Of a stretch of DNA of 64,000 nucleotides, positions 11,004-22,500 are shown piece after piece; positions within the stretch are counted from its first letter, which is position 1, and every line of letters starts with the position of its first letter. The translations under genes were made by a program, and so were the position numbers. The notes beneath the pieces were generated by a model. It was not told where the DNA came from and made no database searches. It was given only the letters and a program-made list of their open reading frames with translations. Origin of the DNA: Candidatus Omnitrophota bacterium (GTDB lineage: Bacteria > Omnitrophota > Gorgyraeia > Gygaellales > Profunditerraquicolaceae); contig JBAZKC010000002.1 of NCBI GenBank assembly GCA_041651035.1, positions 201,046-265,045 of the forward strand, in the 5' to 3' direction.

Positions 11004-11112
11004 TTTTTATAGTTAAGAAAACGCTTTCTAAAAGCTTTCGTAAAGTCTAAGAATCCAATTTTAAACCGCAGGTCACGGTTTTCTAAAAGGAGAACTGTGA
11101 CTTTTTTTATTT

Positions 11113-14100
11113 ATGACCAACAAAAGAAAGGGGAATATAAAAATGGCGCGTAAGATCTTTTCTCTTTTGATCAGCTTTTCTTTAATCTTCCAGCAGATAG
11201 GTTTTGCCAGTATGACGGCAGAACTTAACATAGCGGGGCACTTAAGCAAAATGTCCGGTGGATTTGTCCAGGACAGATTCAGGCCCGCGCATATCAGGTT
11301 CTTCTCCTACGACGCCCGGAATGATAATATTAAGGTAATGTTAGATAGGGGCGATGTCAAGGGCCTTAAGGGAGATAAGCTCAACGCGTCCACCCAGGAA
11401 TTATTAAATTATTTTCTAGTAGGCATAAACCTCCCTAATGATAAGTTTTGGGTAAACCTGCGCCCGGATTCTGAAAATAACATTATAGATGACTACTTGG
11501 CCAGGACTGATGTAGGCAGGATCATGCTGGAAGCGGACCTGCAGCTAAAAAAAGATACCGCGCAATTTACTTCACCGGAAACCCTTGAAGGCAGGGAATA
11601 CTGGAACAAGCTTTATAAGAAAGCTGAAGAGCTCTACGGTTACCAGGAAGTAAATATTCCTACCTTGACCCGTCCCTGGATAGTCCCTAATGAGATCATT
11701 GTCCGCGAGGCTAATGATAGCGCTTATATTTATAAAGCAACATTAAAGGTAATGCTGGAGCAGGATTTTCTTAAGGATTCAGCTGCCTATAGCTTTAAAG
11801 ATGCCCGCGCCAAGGAACTTAACGAGTATTCTTCCCAGTTGATCCGCGAATTAATTATTCCTAAATTAACCAAAGAAGTAAATCTTTCCAAGCGTTACGC
11901 TGCTTTAAGGCAGGTGTATTATTCCATAATCCTTTCCCGCTGGTTTAAATCCCATTATGCCGGACAAACCGGACAATATGCCTCGCGTATTGATACCAGG
12001 GACCTTACCGGGCTTACTTCTGCTACTGTCTGGTCAAAAACTACTTATTTTGAGGCTTATAAAAAATCATTCGCGCAAGGTGAATATAATGTTAAAGAAA
12101 CCATGCGCACTCCGACAGGACAGGTGATCAGGACATATTTTAGCGGCGGCATGAACCTTGGGGATACTCTGACAATCAACGGGCCAAGAACTAGCAGCCC
12201 TATTGTGCCCATGGATACTTTTATGGATACTTTTAGAAAAGCCGGGCTAGTCGCGCCAGATGGTATGGCCATAACTGCATCTTCGCCAGTAACAATTAAT
12301 AAAAACTTTGAGTTACTAAGAAAAATTCCTGAGGCGACTAAGGCATTAGCAGATAGAGACCTAACCGGACAAAATGTTTTAATCAGGGTGAACATGAATG
12401 TTAAATCCAAAGACGGTGTAATTGATGATACTGCCAGGCTTGATGCGGTAGTTCGGATTGTAAGTTTTATTTTAAATAATGGCGGGACGCCGATACTTTA
12501 CGGGCACAACGGCCGCTTGGATAAAAAGAAGGGCAAAGATGAACGCCAATCTCTGGAAGATGCGGCAAATTATATTCAAAAGCTCTTTCCGGATATTAAG
12601 GTGGTATTTCATAAAAACAGTGTACCTAAAGATACTGGTGTGGGATTACAGATAAATAAATCCGATATTGTGCCGGGAGCAATTAATATCTTAGAAAACG
12701 TGCGTTTTGCCGACGATTATGAAATAGGCGCGAAGAGAATGATATTTGCTAAATCCTTAATAGCTCTTTCCGATGGGATTTTTATTTTTGATGCTTTTGG
12801 AGATATAGGCTCAAGCGGAGCATCAGTAGAAACCGTTCCTTTTCTGGCAAAAGAAGTCTATACAGGTCCGGCAATGGTAGAAGAGTTTAATATTCTGGAA
12901 AGTATGCTGGGTGGTTTTGATGCCTTAATTTTCGGTGGAGCTAAACTTGAAAAAGCAGATCTCTTGGATCGTCTGGTTGCTGCAATGAAGAAAGCTGGCT
13001 TTGCCTTAATCGGCAGTGGACCGTCTCCGATGCTTAATACGGAAAAGAAAGATTTTCTTGATAAACTACGCGCAGGCGATCCGGAAAGAGTAATTATAGC
13101 TCTGGATTATAAAGATCAAACTAAATTTGATATAGGCCCAGAGACAATTGCTAAGTTCCTTGCAAAATTAGATACTCTTAAAGCAGGCCAAACAGTGGTT
13201 TATAACGGAACTATGGGATTTATGGAACATGATAGCGGCCAATATCAGGAAGGGACTAAGGCAGTAATGGAAAAACTTATTGAGCTTGCCCGGCGAGGAG
13301 TGCGCATTATCGTTATCGGTGGCGATGCCGGCAGCACAGCCAAGAAATACGGGCTGGATAGAGAAAAGAATGTGGTTACTTTTACCGGAGGAGGAGTGCC
13401 TCTTAATATTCTTGCTAATGAACCTTTAGTGGGATTAAAGGCTTTGGACCGCAGACAGCAACAATTGGAGCTTAAGAAATCAACTCCTGCGGATACTGAA
13501 ATAAAATTTAATGTTGTAATAAACGGAGCTAGAGGGCGCATGGGGCTCTTATATCTTCATAGCCTGCTTTACGATGAAACATATTCCGATATGAGGATAG
13601 TCGCTCTAAACGGCGTTCCCTTGGAAGACCTGGATGATTTTATTAAAAAACTTTATTCTCCGGATAGCACATATGGTGTGTTATTTCCAGGCATAGATGT
13701 TAAAGTTATAGAAAAAAATACAGAAAAGAAATACGCGATTATTGAGATAAATAGCCAGAAAATCCTGGTATTAAACGACCGCAAAGATGCTATTCATTGG
13801 GATATGGTTGGTGAATTATTCGGAGAAAGTTATTTAACCCGCTTAGGAATAATTGAAACTTCCGGGCAGAACCTGGAATCCGAGAAATCCAGGAAAGTGC
13901 ACCTTGCTAATGCTGGTGATGCTATAGTTGAATTTGGCGCGCCGCCAAAAGATGAAGGAACTCCCATAGTAGTTTTGAGTGTAACCGAGGAAAGCCTTGA
14001 AGCAGATGCCCAGGTTTTCTCAAATGCCTCATGTACTACTAATAGTATTGCGCCAGTGGCCAATAAATTGCATAAAGCTTTTGGCGTAAAAAGGGGCGTT

Positions 14101-16614
14101 GTTTTGACTGTCCATGCTGAAACCTCAGACCAGACCCCGTATGATACATTCAGAGGAGATGAGCCTGCCAGGGCGCGTCCGGGGCATAAGGTTCAATCGC
14201 CTGCTAAAACCGGAGCCGCTAAGCTCTTAGGTAAACTTATAGAAGGTATAGGCCCTAATGATGGCAAGGCAATCCGCGTGGGAACCTTAACCGGTTCAGT
14301 AGTTATATATACTGCTGAATTGGAAAAGGCTACTACCGCAGAAGAAGTAAAAAGTATATTTATTCAAGCCAACCAAGATAATCCGAGAATCTTCGGCATA
14401 GGACATAATTTATCATCTAAGAATATCGTTAAGGATCCGCATTCCACAATAGTGGACTTGGATTCTATCCAGGTATCCGAAGATGGTAAAACCATTAAAA
14501 TAGCTACTTGGTATGATAATGAATGGGGATATGCCAAGCGCGGATTAGACACATTAAAATCAGCTTTAATTAAACAAAAGGAAGGAAAAAGGACAAAAGA
14601 CTTCCAAGCTCCTACAAAGGCAGTCAAAGCAACAAAAGAAGTTAAAGTTACCCCTGCTTTTGAGCTTGAAGGATTAGCTAATGAAGGCGCTTTGCCTGTG
14701 TTTATCCCTGCTAAAAAATCAGCCACAGATAATGTTACTGATCTTTATTTAACTGGCATAAAAGAAAAGCAGGCGTCACGCTATGGACAGATTATTTTAA
14801 GAATGCTATTAGGTGACCCTAGCTTTAATATTAAAGCCATTATTGTTGACGGTATAGATAACGATACTTTTGATGCTTCAATGAAGGCCTTTGCGCAGAG
14901 TATAATTTACTCTACGGATTTAGGCAATCTGGAAGGCGTCAAAATCACCCCGGTACTTACTGATAAAGATGAAATGTATCTGGTTTTTCAGTCAGAATCC
15001 GTGAAGCGTGCGGTAAGGGTCCTACCAAGCCTGCCGGAGAGTTTGGATTCTAGCGCAAAGGTCCTTGATGTTACTAAAATAAACTATTCTTACTTAGAGA
15101 TGATTACTGCGATAATAGGCTCTTTGGAGTCATTGGACGCAAAATTGCTGTCGGCGGTTATTTCTATGTCCACCAGGCCGGGAGGAGAACTCCTGGATTC
15201 TGGAAAGGGGACTTCAGTTCCAGCTAATATATTACCTGTAAAAATCAACGAACTCGATGAAAAGCGAATACCTTATCAGGCTTATCAGGTTCCGGTAAAC
15301 AGCGGATCATACTTGTTTGCAACTTTCGCAATTAAAGGATTGATTGATAAAGATGCTGTCCATAAATTGCTAAAGAACATACCAGGCATAGAAACAGAGG
15401 ATACCACCTCAAGTAATTTTGTGGCTAATCGCTCGAATATCATCCTGGATAAATCCCAGACTCTCATTATACCGGATAAAAAAGAAGAAGTTACGCTGGT
15501 AGGTTTATTCTTCCTTGTAAATGAAGAGCTCAACGCTGCAAATAAAACATTGGATAAATTGGCGATTTCTTCGTCATCGCCTGTTATCCTTAGACCTCAA
15601 GTTTTGCTTAACTTGCTTGATAAGGCCAAGGATAATCCAAGTTTTGCTAAAATAATAGCCGCAAGAGGCAAAGGGGACGGTATTTATCCCGATTCAATGT
15701 TTGGCCTGGATGAGAAAACGGTTCCTGTGATCGAGATAAGGACAGATTCCTTAGAACAGATGCGTATAATATTCAGAAAAGCAAAAGGTGAAAAAGCTAT
15801 ACTTAAGTTAGCTTTAAACGAAAAGGACTATACTGCTCAACCGTCGGTAGTCATAGCAACTGCCTATGTCGCGGCGATGCTGGAAGGATATAAAGGCCCT
15901 ATATATTTTCCGATCAAAGCCGATGATTTTGGCATGGGAATTGTAATTAAATGGTTAAGAAGCCAGCCTAAAGGCACAGAGGCGCGCGTAATATATGAAG
16001 ACCTCTTAAAATCGGCATTTAATAGAAGATTTGGTGAAACTATGCAAACTATGTCGGAAGATGATATTGACGAAAGTCGAGTTAAATTGGAAACAGAATT
16101 ACTCAATAATATAGCTGATTTTAGAGACGATCTAGAAACAGTGCAAAAGCGCATATATGACTTACTTTCCAAAGAGCATAAAGCTATTGGAAATGAGATC
16201 GAACAAACCTTCATTAACTTAGAAACAGAGACCGCCACCAGCTCGCCGATCAGTGATAAAGGTGGTATTGATTTCCGGGCTAATGCTATGGCGATCAAAT
16301 ACGAACCGATGGGTAATTTTGCCAGCCTGAACCTGAATCTTCCAGTTTTAAACAAAGCGGAATTAGCCGGTTTTGATATTGATACCGAGCTTTCCGATAT
16401 GGAGCGAATGGTAGAAGGCCAAATAGTCCCTTCCGGCGAAAGGCTAAAAGAAGCCCTGGCTGCCTGTTCGCAAAAGGGACAGATGGAGACTAACAGAGAG
16501 CGCTTGATGGTCTTACTGGTAAAAATAGGGATATTGGAAGAGGTCCAGTGCTGCCTGCAAGAGGCAAGCAATGAATATAAAGAAGCGCTGGTGCTCACAG
16601 ATTCCTTAACTTAA
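11113..16614 (+). CDS. Giant secreted or membrane-anchored multidomain protein. Order: signal peptide, unknown N-domain, phosphoglycerate-kinase domain, GAPDH domain, unknown C-terminal region of about 680 aa.
   Basis: 1,833-aa ORF. The likely true start is the ATG at 11143 (RBS AAGGGGA), giving MARKIFSLLISFSLIFQQIGFA|SM, a classic signal peptide.

Phosphoglycerate kinase domain (nt about 12370-13440): VLIRVNMNV, GHNGR, ILENVRFADDYE, GGAKLEKADLL, YNGTMGFME, IGGDAGSTA and FTGGGVPLNILANEPLVGLKAL match the PGK motifs RVDFNVP, HLGRP, LENLRFH, GGAKVSDKI, WNGPMGVFE, GGGDT and STGGGASLE.

GAPDH domain (nt about 13510-14560): INGARGRMG, SNASCTTNSIAP (catalytic Cys), LTVHAETSDQ (His), TGAAKLLGKL, AIRVGT and ATWYDNEWGYAKRG match INGFGRIGR, SNASCTTNCLAP, TTVHA, STGAAKAVGKV, AFRVPT and WYDNEWGYS.

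The flanking regions have no motif I recognise. Confidence 0.85.
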   Translation: MTNKRKGNIKMARKIFSLLISFSLIFQQIGFASMTAELNIAGHLSKMSGGFVQDRFRPAHIRFFSYDARNDNIKVMLDRGDVKGLKGDKLNASTQELLNYFLVGINLPNDKFWVNLRPDSENNIIDDYLARTDVGRIMLEADLQLKKDTAQFTSPETLEGREYWNKLYKKAEELYGYQEVNIPTLTRPWIVPNEIIVREANDSAYIYKATLKVMLEQDFLKDSAAYSFKDARAKELNEYSSQLIRELIIPKLTKEVNLSKRYAALRQVYYSIILSRWFKSHYAGQTGQYASRIDTRDLTGLTSATVWSKTTYFEAYKKSFAQGEYNVKETMRTPTGQVIRTYFSGGMNLGDTLTINGPRTSSPIVPMDTFMDTFRKAGLVAPDGMAITASSPVTINKNFELLRKIPEATKALADRDLTGQNVLIRVNMNVKSKDGVIDDTARLDAVVRIVSFILNNGGTPILYGHNGRLDKKKGKDERQSLEDAANYIQKLFPDIKVVFHKNSVPKDTGVGLQINKSDIVPGAINILENVRFADDYEIGAKRMIFAKSLIALSDGIFIFDAFGDIGSSGASVETVPFLAKEVYTGPAMVEEFNILESMLGGFDALIFGGAKLEKADLLDRLVAAMKKAGFALIGSGPSPMLNTEKKDFLDKLRAGDPERVIIALDYKDQTKFDIGPETIAKFLAKLDTLKAGQTVVYNGTMGFMEHDSGQYQEGTKAVMEKLIELARRGVRIIVIGGDAGSTAKKYGLDREKNVVTFTGGGVPLNILANEPLVGLKALDRRQQQLELKKSTPADTEIKFNVVINGARGRMGLLYLHSLLYDETYSDMRIVALNGVPLEDLDDFIKKLYSPDSTYGVLFPGIDVKVIEKNTEKKYAIIEINSQKILVLNDRKDAIHWDMVGELFGESYLTRLGIIETSGQNLESEKSRKVHLANAGDAIVEFGAPPKDEGTPIVVLSVTEESLEADAQVFSNASCTTNSIAPVANKLHKAFGVKRGVVLTVHAETSDQTPYDTFRGDEPARARPGHKVQSPAKTGAAKLLGKLIEGIGPNDGKAIRVGTLTGSVVIYTAELEKATTAEEVKSIFIQANQDNPRIFGIGHNLSSKNIVKDPHSTIVDLDSIQVSEDGKTIKIATWYDNEWGYAKRGLDTLKSALIKQKEGKRTKDFQAPTKAVKATKEVKVTPAFELEGLANEGALPVFIPAKKSATDNVTDLYLTGIKEKQASRYGQIILRMLLGDPSFNIKAIIVDGIDNDTFDASMKAFAQSIIYSTDLGNLEGVKITPVLTDKDEMYLVFQSESVKRAVRVLPSLPESLDSSAKVLDVTKINYSYLEMITAIIGSLESLDAKLLSAVISMSTRPGGELLDSGKGTSVPANILPVKINELDEKRIPYQAYQVPVNSGSYLFATFAIKGLIDKDAVHKLLKNIPGIETEDTTSSNFVANRSNIILDKSQTLIIPDKKEEVTLVGLFFLVNEELNAANKTLDKLAISSSSPVILRPQVLLNLLDKAKDNPSFAKIIAARGKGDGIYPDSMFGLDEKTVPVIEIRTDSLEQMRIIFRKAKGEKAILKLALNEKDYTAQPSVVIATAYVAAMLEGYKGPIYFPIKADDFGMGIVIKWLRSQPKGTEARVIYEDLLKSAFNRRFGETMQTMSEDDIDESRVKLETELLNNIADFRDDLETVQKRIYDLLSKEHKAIGNEIEQTFINLETETATSSPISDKGGIDFRANAMAIKYEPMGNFASLNLNLPVLNKAELAGFDIDTELSDMERMVEGQIVPSGERLKEALAACSQKGQMETNRERLMVLLVKIGILEEVQCCLQEASNEYKEALVLTDSLT

Positions 16615-16639
16615 ATAAAAAATAACAGTTTGATCATAA

Positions 16640-16675
16640 AAACCCCGAGGCGCGAACCTCGGGGTTTTTATTTCT
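16640..16675 (+). terminator. Rho-independent terminator downstream of the giant gene
   Basis: AAAACCCCGAGG cgcgaa CCTCGGGGTTTTTATTTC: a perfect 8-bp GC-rich stem followed by a U-tract. Confidence 0.85.
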
Positions 16676-16700
16676 TAAATAACCAGCTAAAAGATAATTA

Positions 16701-16729
16701 TTGACAAGGGATTAAAGCTGTTGTAAAAT
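16701..16729 (+). promoter_or_regulatory. Putative promoter for the guaB-like/guaA/dnaE block: TTGACA, 17-nt spacer, TAAAAT with an upstream TG
   Basis: TTGACA at 16701-16706 and TGTAAAAT at 16722-16729. Confidence 0.55.
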
Positions 16730-16819
16730 TAAAATCTAACCTTTCTCAAAAATCTTTATAACGGCTGTAGAATTACATAACCCATTAAGGTATAATACGT
16801 TATATAAAGGAGTAAAGAA

Positions 16820-17980
16820 ATGGCAGAGTGGATAGGTATAGGCAGGCGTTCCCGCAGGTGCTACGGGTTTGATGAGATCGCGCTTGTGCCGGGCGCGCAG
16901 ACTATAAATCCTAAAGAAGTAGATACTACCTTCCAGATCGCGGGCAAGAAATTCAAGATTCCTATATTAGCCGCGGCTATGGACGGGGTAGTGGATGTAA
17001 AATTCGCGGTAGAGATGTCCAGGTTGGGGGGTATCGCGGTATTAAATTTAGACGGTGTGCAAACCCGCTACGAAAACCCGGATACGGTCTTAGAGCAGAT
17101 CGCCAAAGCCTCGCCCCAGAAAGCCACAGCGTTAACCCAGTCGGTATACACTAAACCCGTAAAAGAGAACTTGATCGCGAAAAGGGTTGCTGAGATCAAA
17201 AAGAAAAAAGGCACGGCAGTAGTAAGCTGTATTCCTGCCCATGCCGAAAGGTTTGCCAAAATAGCGGTTGCCAGCGGCGCCGATATAGTAGTCGTGCAAT
17301 CCACGGTAACTACCACCAGGCACATCTCCAAAGAATACAAAAGTTTAGATATAGCTAAATTCTGTAAATCAATAAAGATCCCCGTGATCATCGGCAATTG
17401 CGTAACCTATGAGACAACGGTAGAACTCATGGAAACAGGGGCAGCCGGACTATTGATCGGCGTCGGCCCGGGAGCTGCCTGTACCACGCGGGGCGTATTA
17501 GGCATTGGAGTGCCACAGGTAACCGCTACGGTAGACGCGGCAGCGGCGCGTGACTTTTATTATAAAAGGACAGGCAAATATGTGCCTATAATTACCGACG
17601 GGGGCATGAACCGCGGCGGCGATATCTGTAAGGCGTTTGCCTGCGGGGCGGACGCGGTAATGATCGGCTCAAGTTTCGCGCGCGCTATAGAATCTCCGGG
17701 AAGAGGATACCATTGGGGCATGGCTACTTCACATGTAAATCTTCCGCGCGGCACGCGCATATATGTAGGCACCACCGGCAGCTTAAAAGAGATCCTTTTT
17801 GGCCCGGCTAAGGTTGACGATGGATCGCAAAACCTGATGGGCGCTTTAGAGACCTCGCTGGGTTCTCTGGGCGCGTCTAATTTAAAAGAAATGCATAACG
17901 TAGAGATCATCATAGCGCCTTCCATACAGACAGAAGGAAAAATATTTCAGGCTGATCAAAGAGTGGGGATGGGAAAATGA
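16820..17980 (+). CDS. IMP dehydrogenase / GMP reductase family protein, short form without CBS domains
   Basis: 386 aa. IMPDH TIM-barrel motifs including the catalytic-Cys loop [20 protein letters not shown]. It lies immediately upstream of guaA. Confidence 0.75.
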
Positions 17981-19518
17981 GCAGGCAAGCTATAATTATA
18001 TTAGATTTTGGTTCTCAATATACGCAGTTGATCGCCCGCAGAGTCAGGGAAAATAAGATTTTCTCTATTATTGTCCCTTACAATACTCCGGCAAAAGAAA
18101 TCGCCAAGCTTTCGCCAAAAGGATTAATACTCTCCGGAGGGCCGGCTTCAGTAACGCAAAAGAAGAGCCCCTGCCCTGATCCGGGGATATTCAAGTTAGG
18201 TGTTCCCATACTGGGCATTTGCTATGGTATGCAGGTTATCACCGAAATGCTGGGCGGCAAAGTCAAGCACACCAAAGAACGCGAATACGGGAAAGCAGAG
18301 TTATTTATTAACGATACCCGTGATCTATTCAGCCATCTCCCCGGTAACTTTACCTGCTGGGCCAGCCATGGCGATTACGTCACAAAATTACCACCCGGTT
18401 TTTCAGTCAGCGCTTACACCTTAAATACGCCCCATGCCGCTATTGCCAATAAAAACAGAAAAATTTACGGGGTCCAGTTCCATCCCGAAGTAACGCATAC
18501 TGAAAAAGGAAGCCAGATCTTAAGCAATTTCCTGTTTAAAACCTGCAGCTGCCTCGGCCGGTGGACAATGCAGTCGTTTGTTAAGGAATCCATAGATAAT
18601 ATAAAGAAAACCGTAGGCCGCGACAAGGTAGTGCTGGGTTTAAGCGGCGGGGTAGATTCTTCCGTGGCAGCGTTACTGATCCATAAAGCCATAAACAGGA
18701 ACTTAAGGTGTATCTTTATTGATAACGGGCTCCTGCGTAAAGATGAACCGCAGCAGATCAAAAAGATATTCCGCAATATGTACCACCTGAATTTAGATTA
18801 CGTTGACAGGAGCAAAAGGTTTCTGCTGCGTTTAAAAGGCATAACCGATCCCGAAGAGAAAAGAAAGATCATCGGAGACGAGTTCGTTAAGGTTTTTGAG
18901 GAAGAAGCGGACAAGGTAAAAGGGGTAAAATACCTGGCACAGGGGACACTCTATCCGGATGTAATTGAATCCATATCCCCCACCGGAGCTCCCAGCAGCC
19001 GCATAAAAAGCCATCATAATGTAGGCGGGCTCCCGGCGCACATGAAATTAAAGCTTCTTGAGCCTCTGCGTGAATTATTTAAAGATGAGGTGCGCCAGAT
19101 AGCCAAAGTACTTAATCTGCCCGAGCAAATAGTCTATCGCCAGCCTTTCCCCGGCCCGGGATTAGCCATAAGGATCATCGGAGAGATCACCCCCGAACGG
19201 CTGGAATTATTAAGAGAAGTTGACCGCCGAGTGATCGAAGAGATCCGGAACGCCAATCTTTATGAACAAGTCTGGCAGTCGTTTGCCATACTCTTGCCTA
19301 TAAAAAGCGTAGGTGTCATGGGAGATGAACGCACTTACGAGAATGTGGCAAGCCTGCGCTGCGTGTCAAGCTTAGACGGAATGACCGCGGACTGGGTAAA
19401 ACTGCCTTATGAAATCCTGGAAAAGATTTCCAACCGCATTATCAATGAAGTCAAAGGCGTCAACCGCGTTGTCTACGATATAAGTTCAAAACCCCCGGCA
19501 ACTATTGAATGGGAATAA
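17977..19518 (+). CDS. guaA: GMP synthase (glutamine-hydrolysing)
   Basis: 513 aa. Class-I glutamine amidotransferase part (GICYGMQ, HPE), the PP-loop SGGVDSSV, and the C-terminal dimerisation domain ending IEWE. Confidence 0.95.
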
Positions 19519-19527
19519 ATTTAGTTA

Positions 19528-22500
19528 ATGCCGCACTCCGATTTCATCCATTTACACTTACACACCCAATACAGCCTTCTTGACGGCGCTTGCCGCATAC
19601 CCGAAATCCTGGATCTCGCCAAGCAATACAAGATGGATTCACTCGCTATTACCGATCACGGTAACATGTTCGGAGCGATAGATTTCTATTTAGAAGCCCA
19701 AAAGGCGGGAATAAAACCCATCATCGGCTGCGAAGTTTACGTTGCCAGAGGCAGCCGCTTAGATAAATCGTCCGGGGGCATCGAAGAGGCGGCAAACCAT
19801 TTGATACTTTTAGCCAGGGATGAAACAGGCTACCATAATTTAATGAAACTGGTATCCATAGGCTACCTGGAAGGTTTTTATTACCGCCCGCGCGTGGATA
19901 AAGAAATGCTCGCCCAGTTCTCCGAAGGCTTTATCGGATTAAGCGCCTGTTTAAAAGGAGAGATCCCTTCATTATTGCAGCAAAAACGCTTTAACGACGC
20001 CCTAAAAGCCGCGGACACCTACCTGAATATCTTCGGTAAAGGCAACTTCTATTTAGAGATCCAGGGAAATTCCATTCCTGAGCAGAAAATAGTCAACGCC
20101 GGATTAATAAAAATATCCAAAGAATTGAATATCCCGCTGGTGGCGACTAATGACGTGCATTACCTTTCCCGCGACAGGGCCGCAAGCCACGAAGCCCTGC
20201 TTTGTATCCAGACCCAGACTACCTTGGATGACCCCAACCGGATGCGTTTTCAAACGGATGAATTCTATTTCACCTCTCCGGAGGAAATGAAAGAATTTTT
20301 TAAAGACACTCCCGAGGCAGTTACGAACACTGTTGAAATAGCCCGTCGCTGTAACCTGGAATTAGATTTCTCCAAGATCCACCTTCCTAAATACGATCCG
20401 CCCAAAGATCAAACTAAAGAAGAATTCCTGATGCGGCTTTGCGAAGAAGGCTTGAAAGAAAGATACGCATCCATAACCCCTGCCATAACCGGGCGCCTGG
20501 AGCACGAATTAAAGATCATTAAAAGCACCGGCTTTGTCAGCTATTTTCTGATCGTCTGGGACTTTATCCATTACGCCAAGACTCAAGGGATACCCGTAGG
20601 GCCTGGCCGAGGCTCAGCCGCAGGAAGCATAGTAAGTTATCTATTAGGAATTACCGACATAGACCCTTTAAAATACGGGCTGTTATTTGAAAGGTTCCTT
20701 AACCCTGAACGCTTGAGCCTGCCTGATATTGATATTGATTTCTGTTATGAAAGACGGCAAGAAGTAATTGATTATGTGGCTAAGAAATACGGCCAGGAAA
20801 ACGTTGCCCAGATCATTACCTTTGGGACAATGCAGGCGCGGGCGGTATTAAGAGACGTGGGCAGGGTCATGGGAATAAGCTATGCCGACGTTGACCGCAT
20901 CGCCAAAATGATACCTCCTGAACTCGATATAACCTTAAAGAAGGCCTTAGAGAGCGAAACAGAATTAAAAAATATGTACAAGAACGACCCTGAAATAACT
21001 AAATTGATCAATACAGCCATGTCGCTGGAAGGCCTTAACCGCCATGCCTCAGTGCACGCCGCCGGCGTAGTTATCGCGGATAGGCCGCTGAATAACTATA
21101 TGCCTCTATTTAAGACAGGTGACGATCAAATAACCTCAGGCTACAGTATGGGGGTCCTGGAAAAGATCGGGCTGTTAAAAGTAGATTTCCTGGGTTTAAG
21201 GACCCTTACAGTTATCAATGAGGCTGTAAAATTGGTTAAACAGACGCGGGGTATAGAGGTCGATATTGAAAAACTGCCTCTTGATGACGCCCCGACTTAC
21301 AAGCTCTTATCAGGGGCCCACACAATAGGCATCTTTCAAGTTGAAAGTTCAGGCATGAGGGACCTGCTAAGGAAACTGGAGCCGAGCTGTTTTGAAGATC
21401 TGATCGCGCTCCTGGCTTTATACCGGCCCGGCCCCATAGGCTCAGGGATGTTAGATGACTTTATGAAACGCAAACACAAACTGGTACCCATTAAATATGA
21501 ACATCCTAAGCTGGAGCCGATCTTAAAAGAGACCTACGGAATAATGGTGTATCAGGAGCAGATCATGCAGATAGCTTCAAGCCTTGCGGGCTTTAGCCTG
21601 GCCCAGGCGGATATTTTACGTAAGGCGATGGGCAAGAAAATCCCCGAAGTCATGGAAAAACAAAGAAAAAATTTTCTCACAGGCTGCATTAAAAATGAGA
21701 TCAAGGAATCAGTCGCCAACAGGATATTCGATCTGATCGAATATTTCTCCGGATATGGATTCAATAAATCCCATTCCACCGCCTACGCGCTGATCTCTTA
21801 CCGCACCGCCTACTTAAAGGCGAATTTCCCCGTAGAATTCATGACCGCGCTGCTTACGTCTGAACGCGACAATATTGATAAAATAGTAGAATACGTCAAT
21901 GAAGCCGGACGCATGGGGCAAAAAGTGCTGCCTCCGGATATAAATGAGAGCGAGGGCCTGTTTAAAGTCGTAGACAAGAATACTATCAGGTTCGGCTTAC
22001 TGGCTGTCAAAAACGTAGGGACGGGGGCCGCGGAGTCAATAGTCGCGGCAAGAAAAAATAAAAAGTTCGCCTCATTAGAAGACCTGACCAGCCGCATAGA
22101 CCTTCGGCTGGCTAATAAAAAAGTACTGGAGAGCCTGATAAAATGCGGGGCGCTGGATTATTTTAATATGCCCCGCGCGCAGATGACGGCTTCCCTGGAT
22201 ATGATCTTAGAGTCCGCGTCCCGCTCGCAAAAAGAAAAAGCCAAGGGGCAGTTTTCTTTTTTTGACCAGGCTTTTAAGAGTACCGCGAATAACTTGCCCT
22301 CGGTAAGAGAATGGCCTGAACCCCAATTGCTTAGTTTTGAAAAAGAGATGCTCGGTTTCTATGTCAGCGGCCATCCCCTGGCGCGTTACGCCAAACAACT
22401 AAGGCTTTTTGCCTCAGCCTCCACCAGCAGCTTAACACAGCATAAAGACCAGGATGAAATAAAGATAGTCGGGCTGATCGCCAAAATCAAACAGACCACT

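Noticed and set aside
18200-18424. 74-aa plus-strand ORF in an alternative frame inside guaA
   Set aside because: It is embedded in the well-conserved guaA reading frame. It has no RBS and no conservation.
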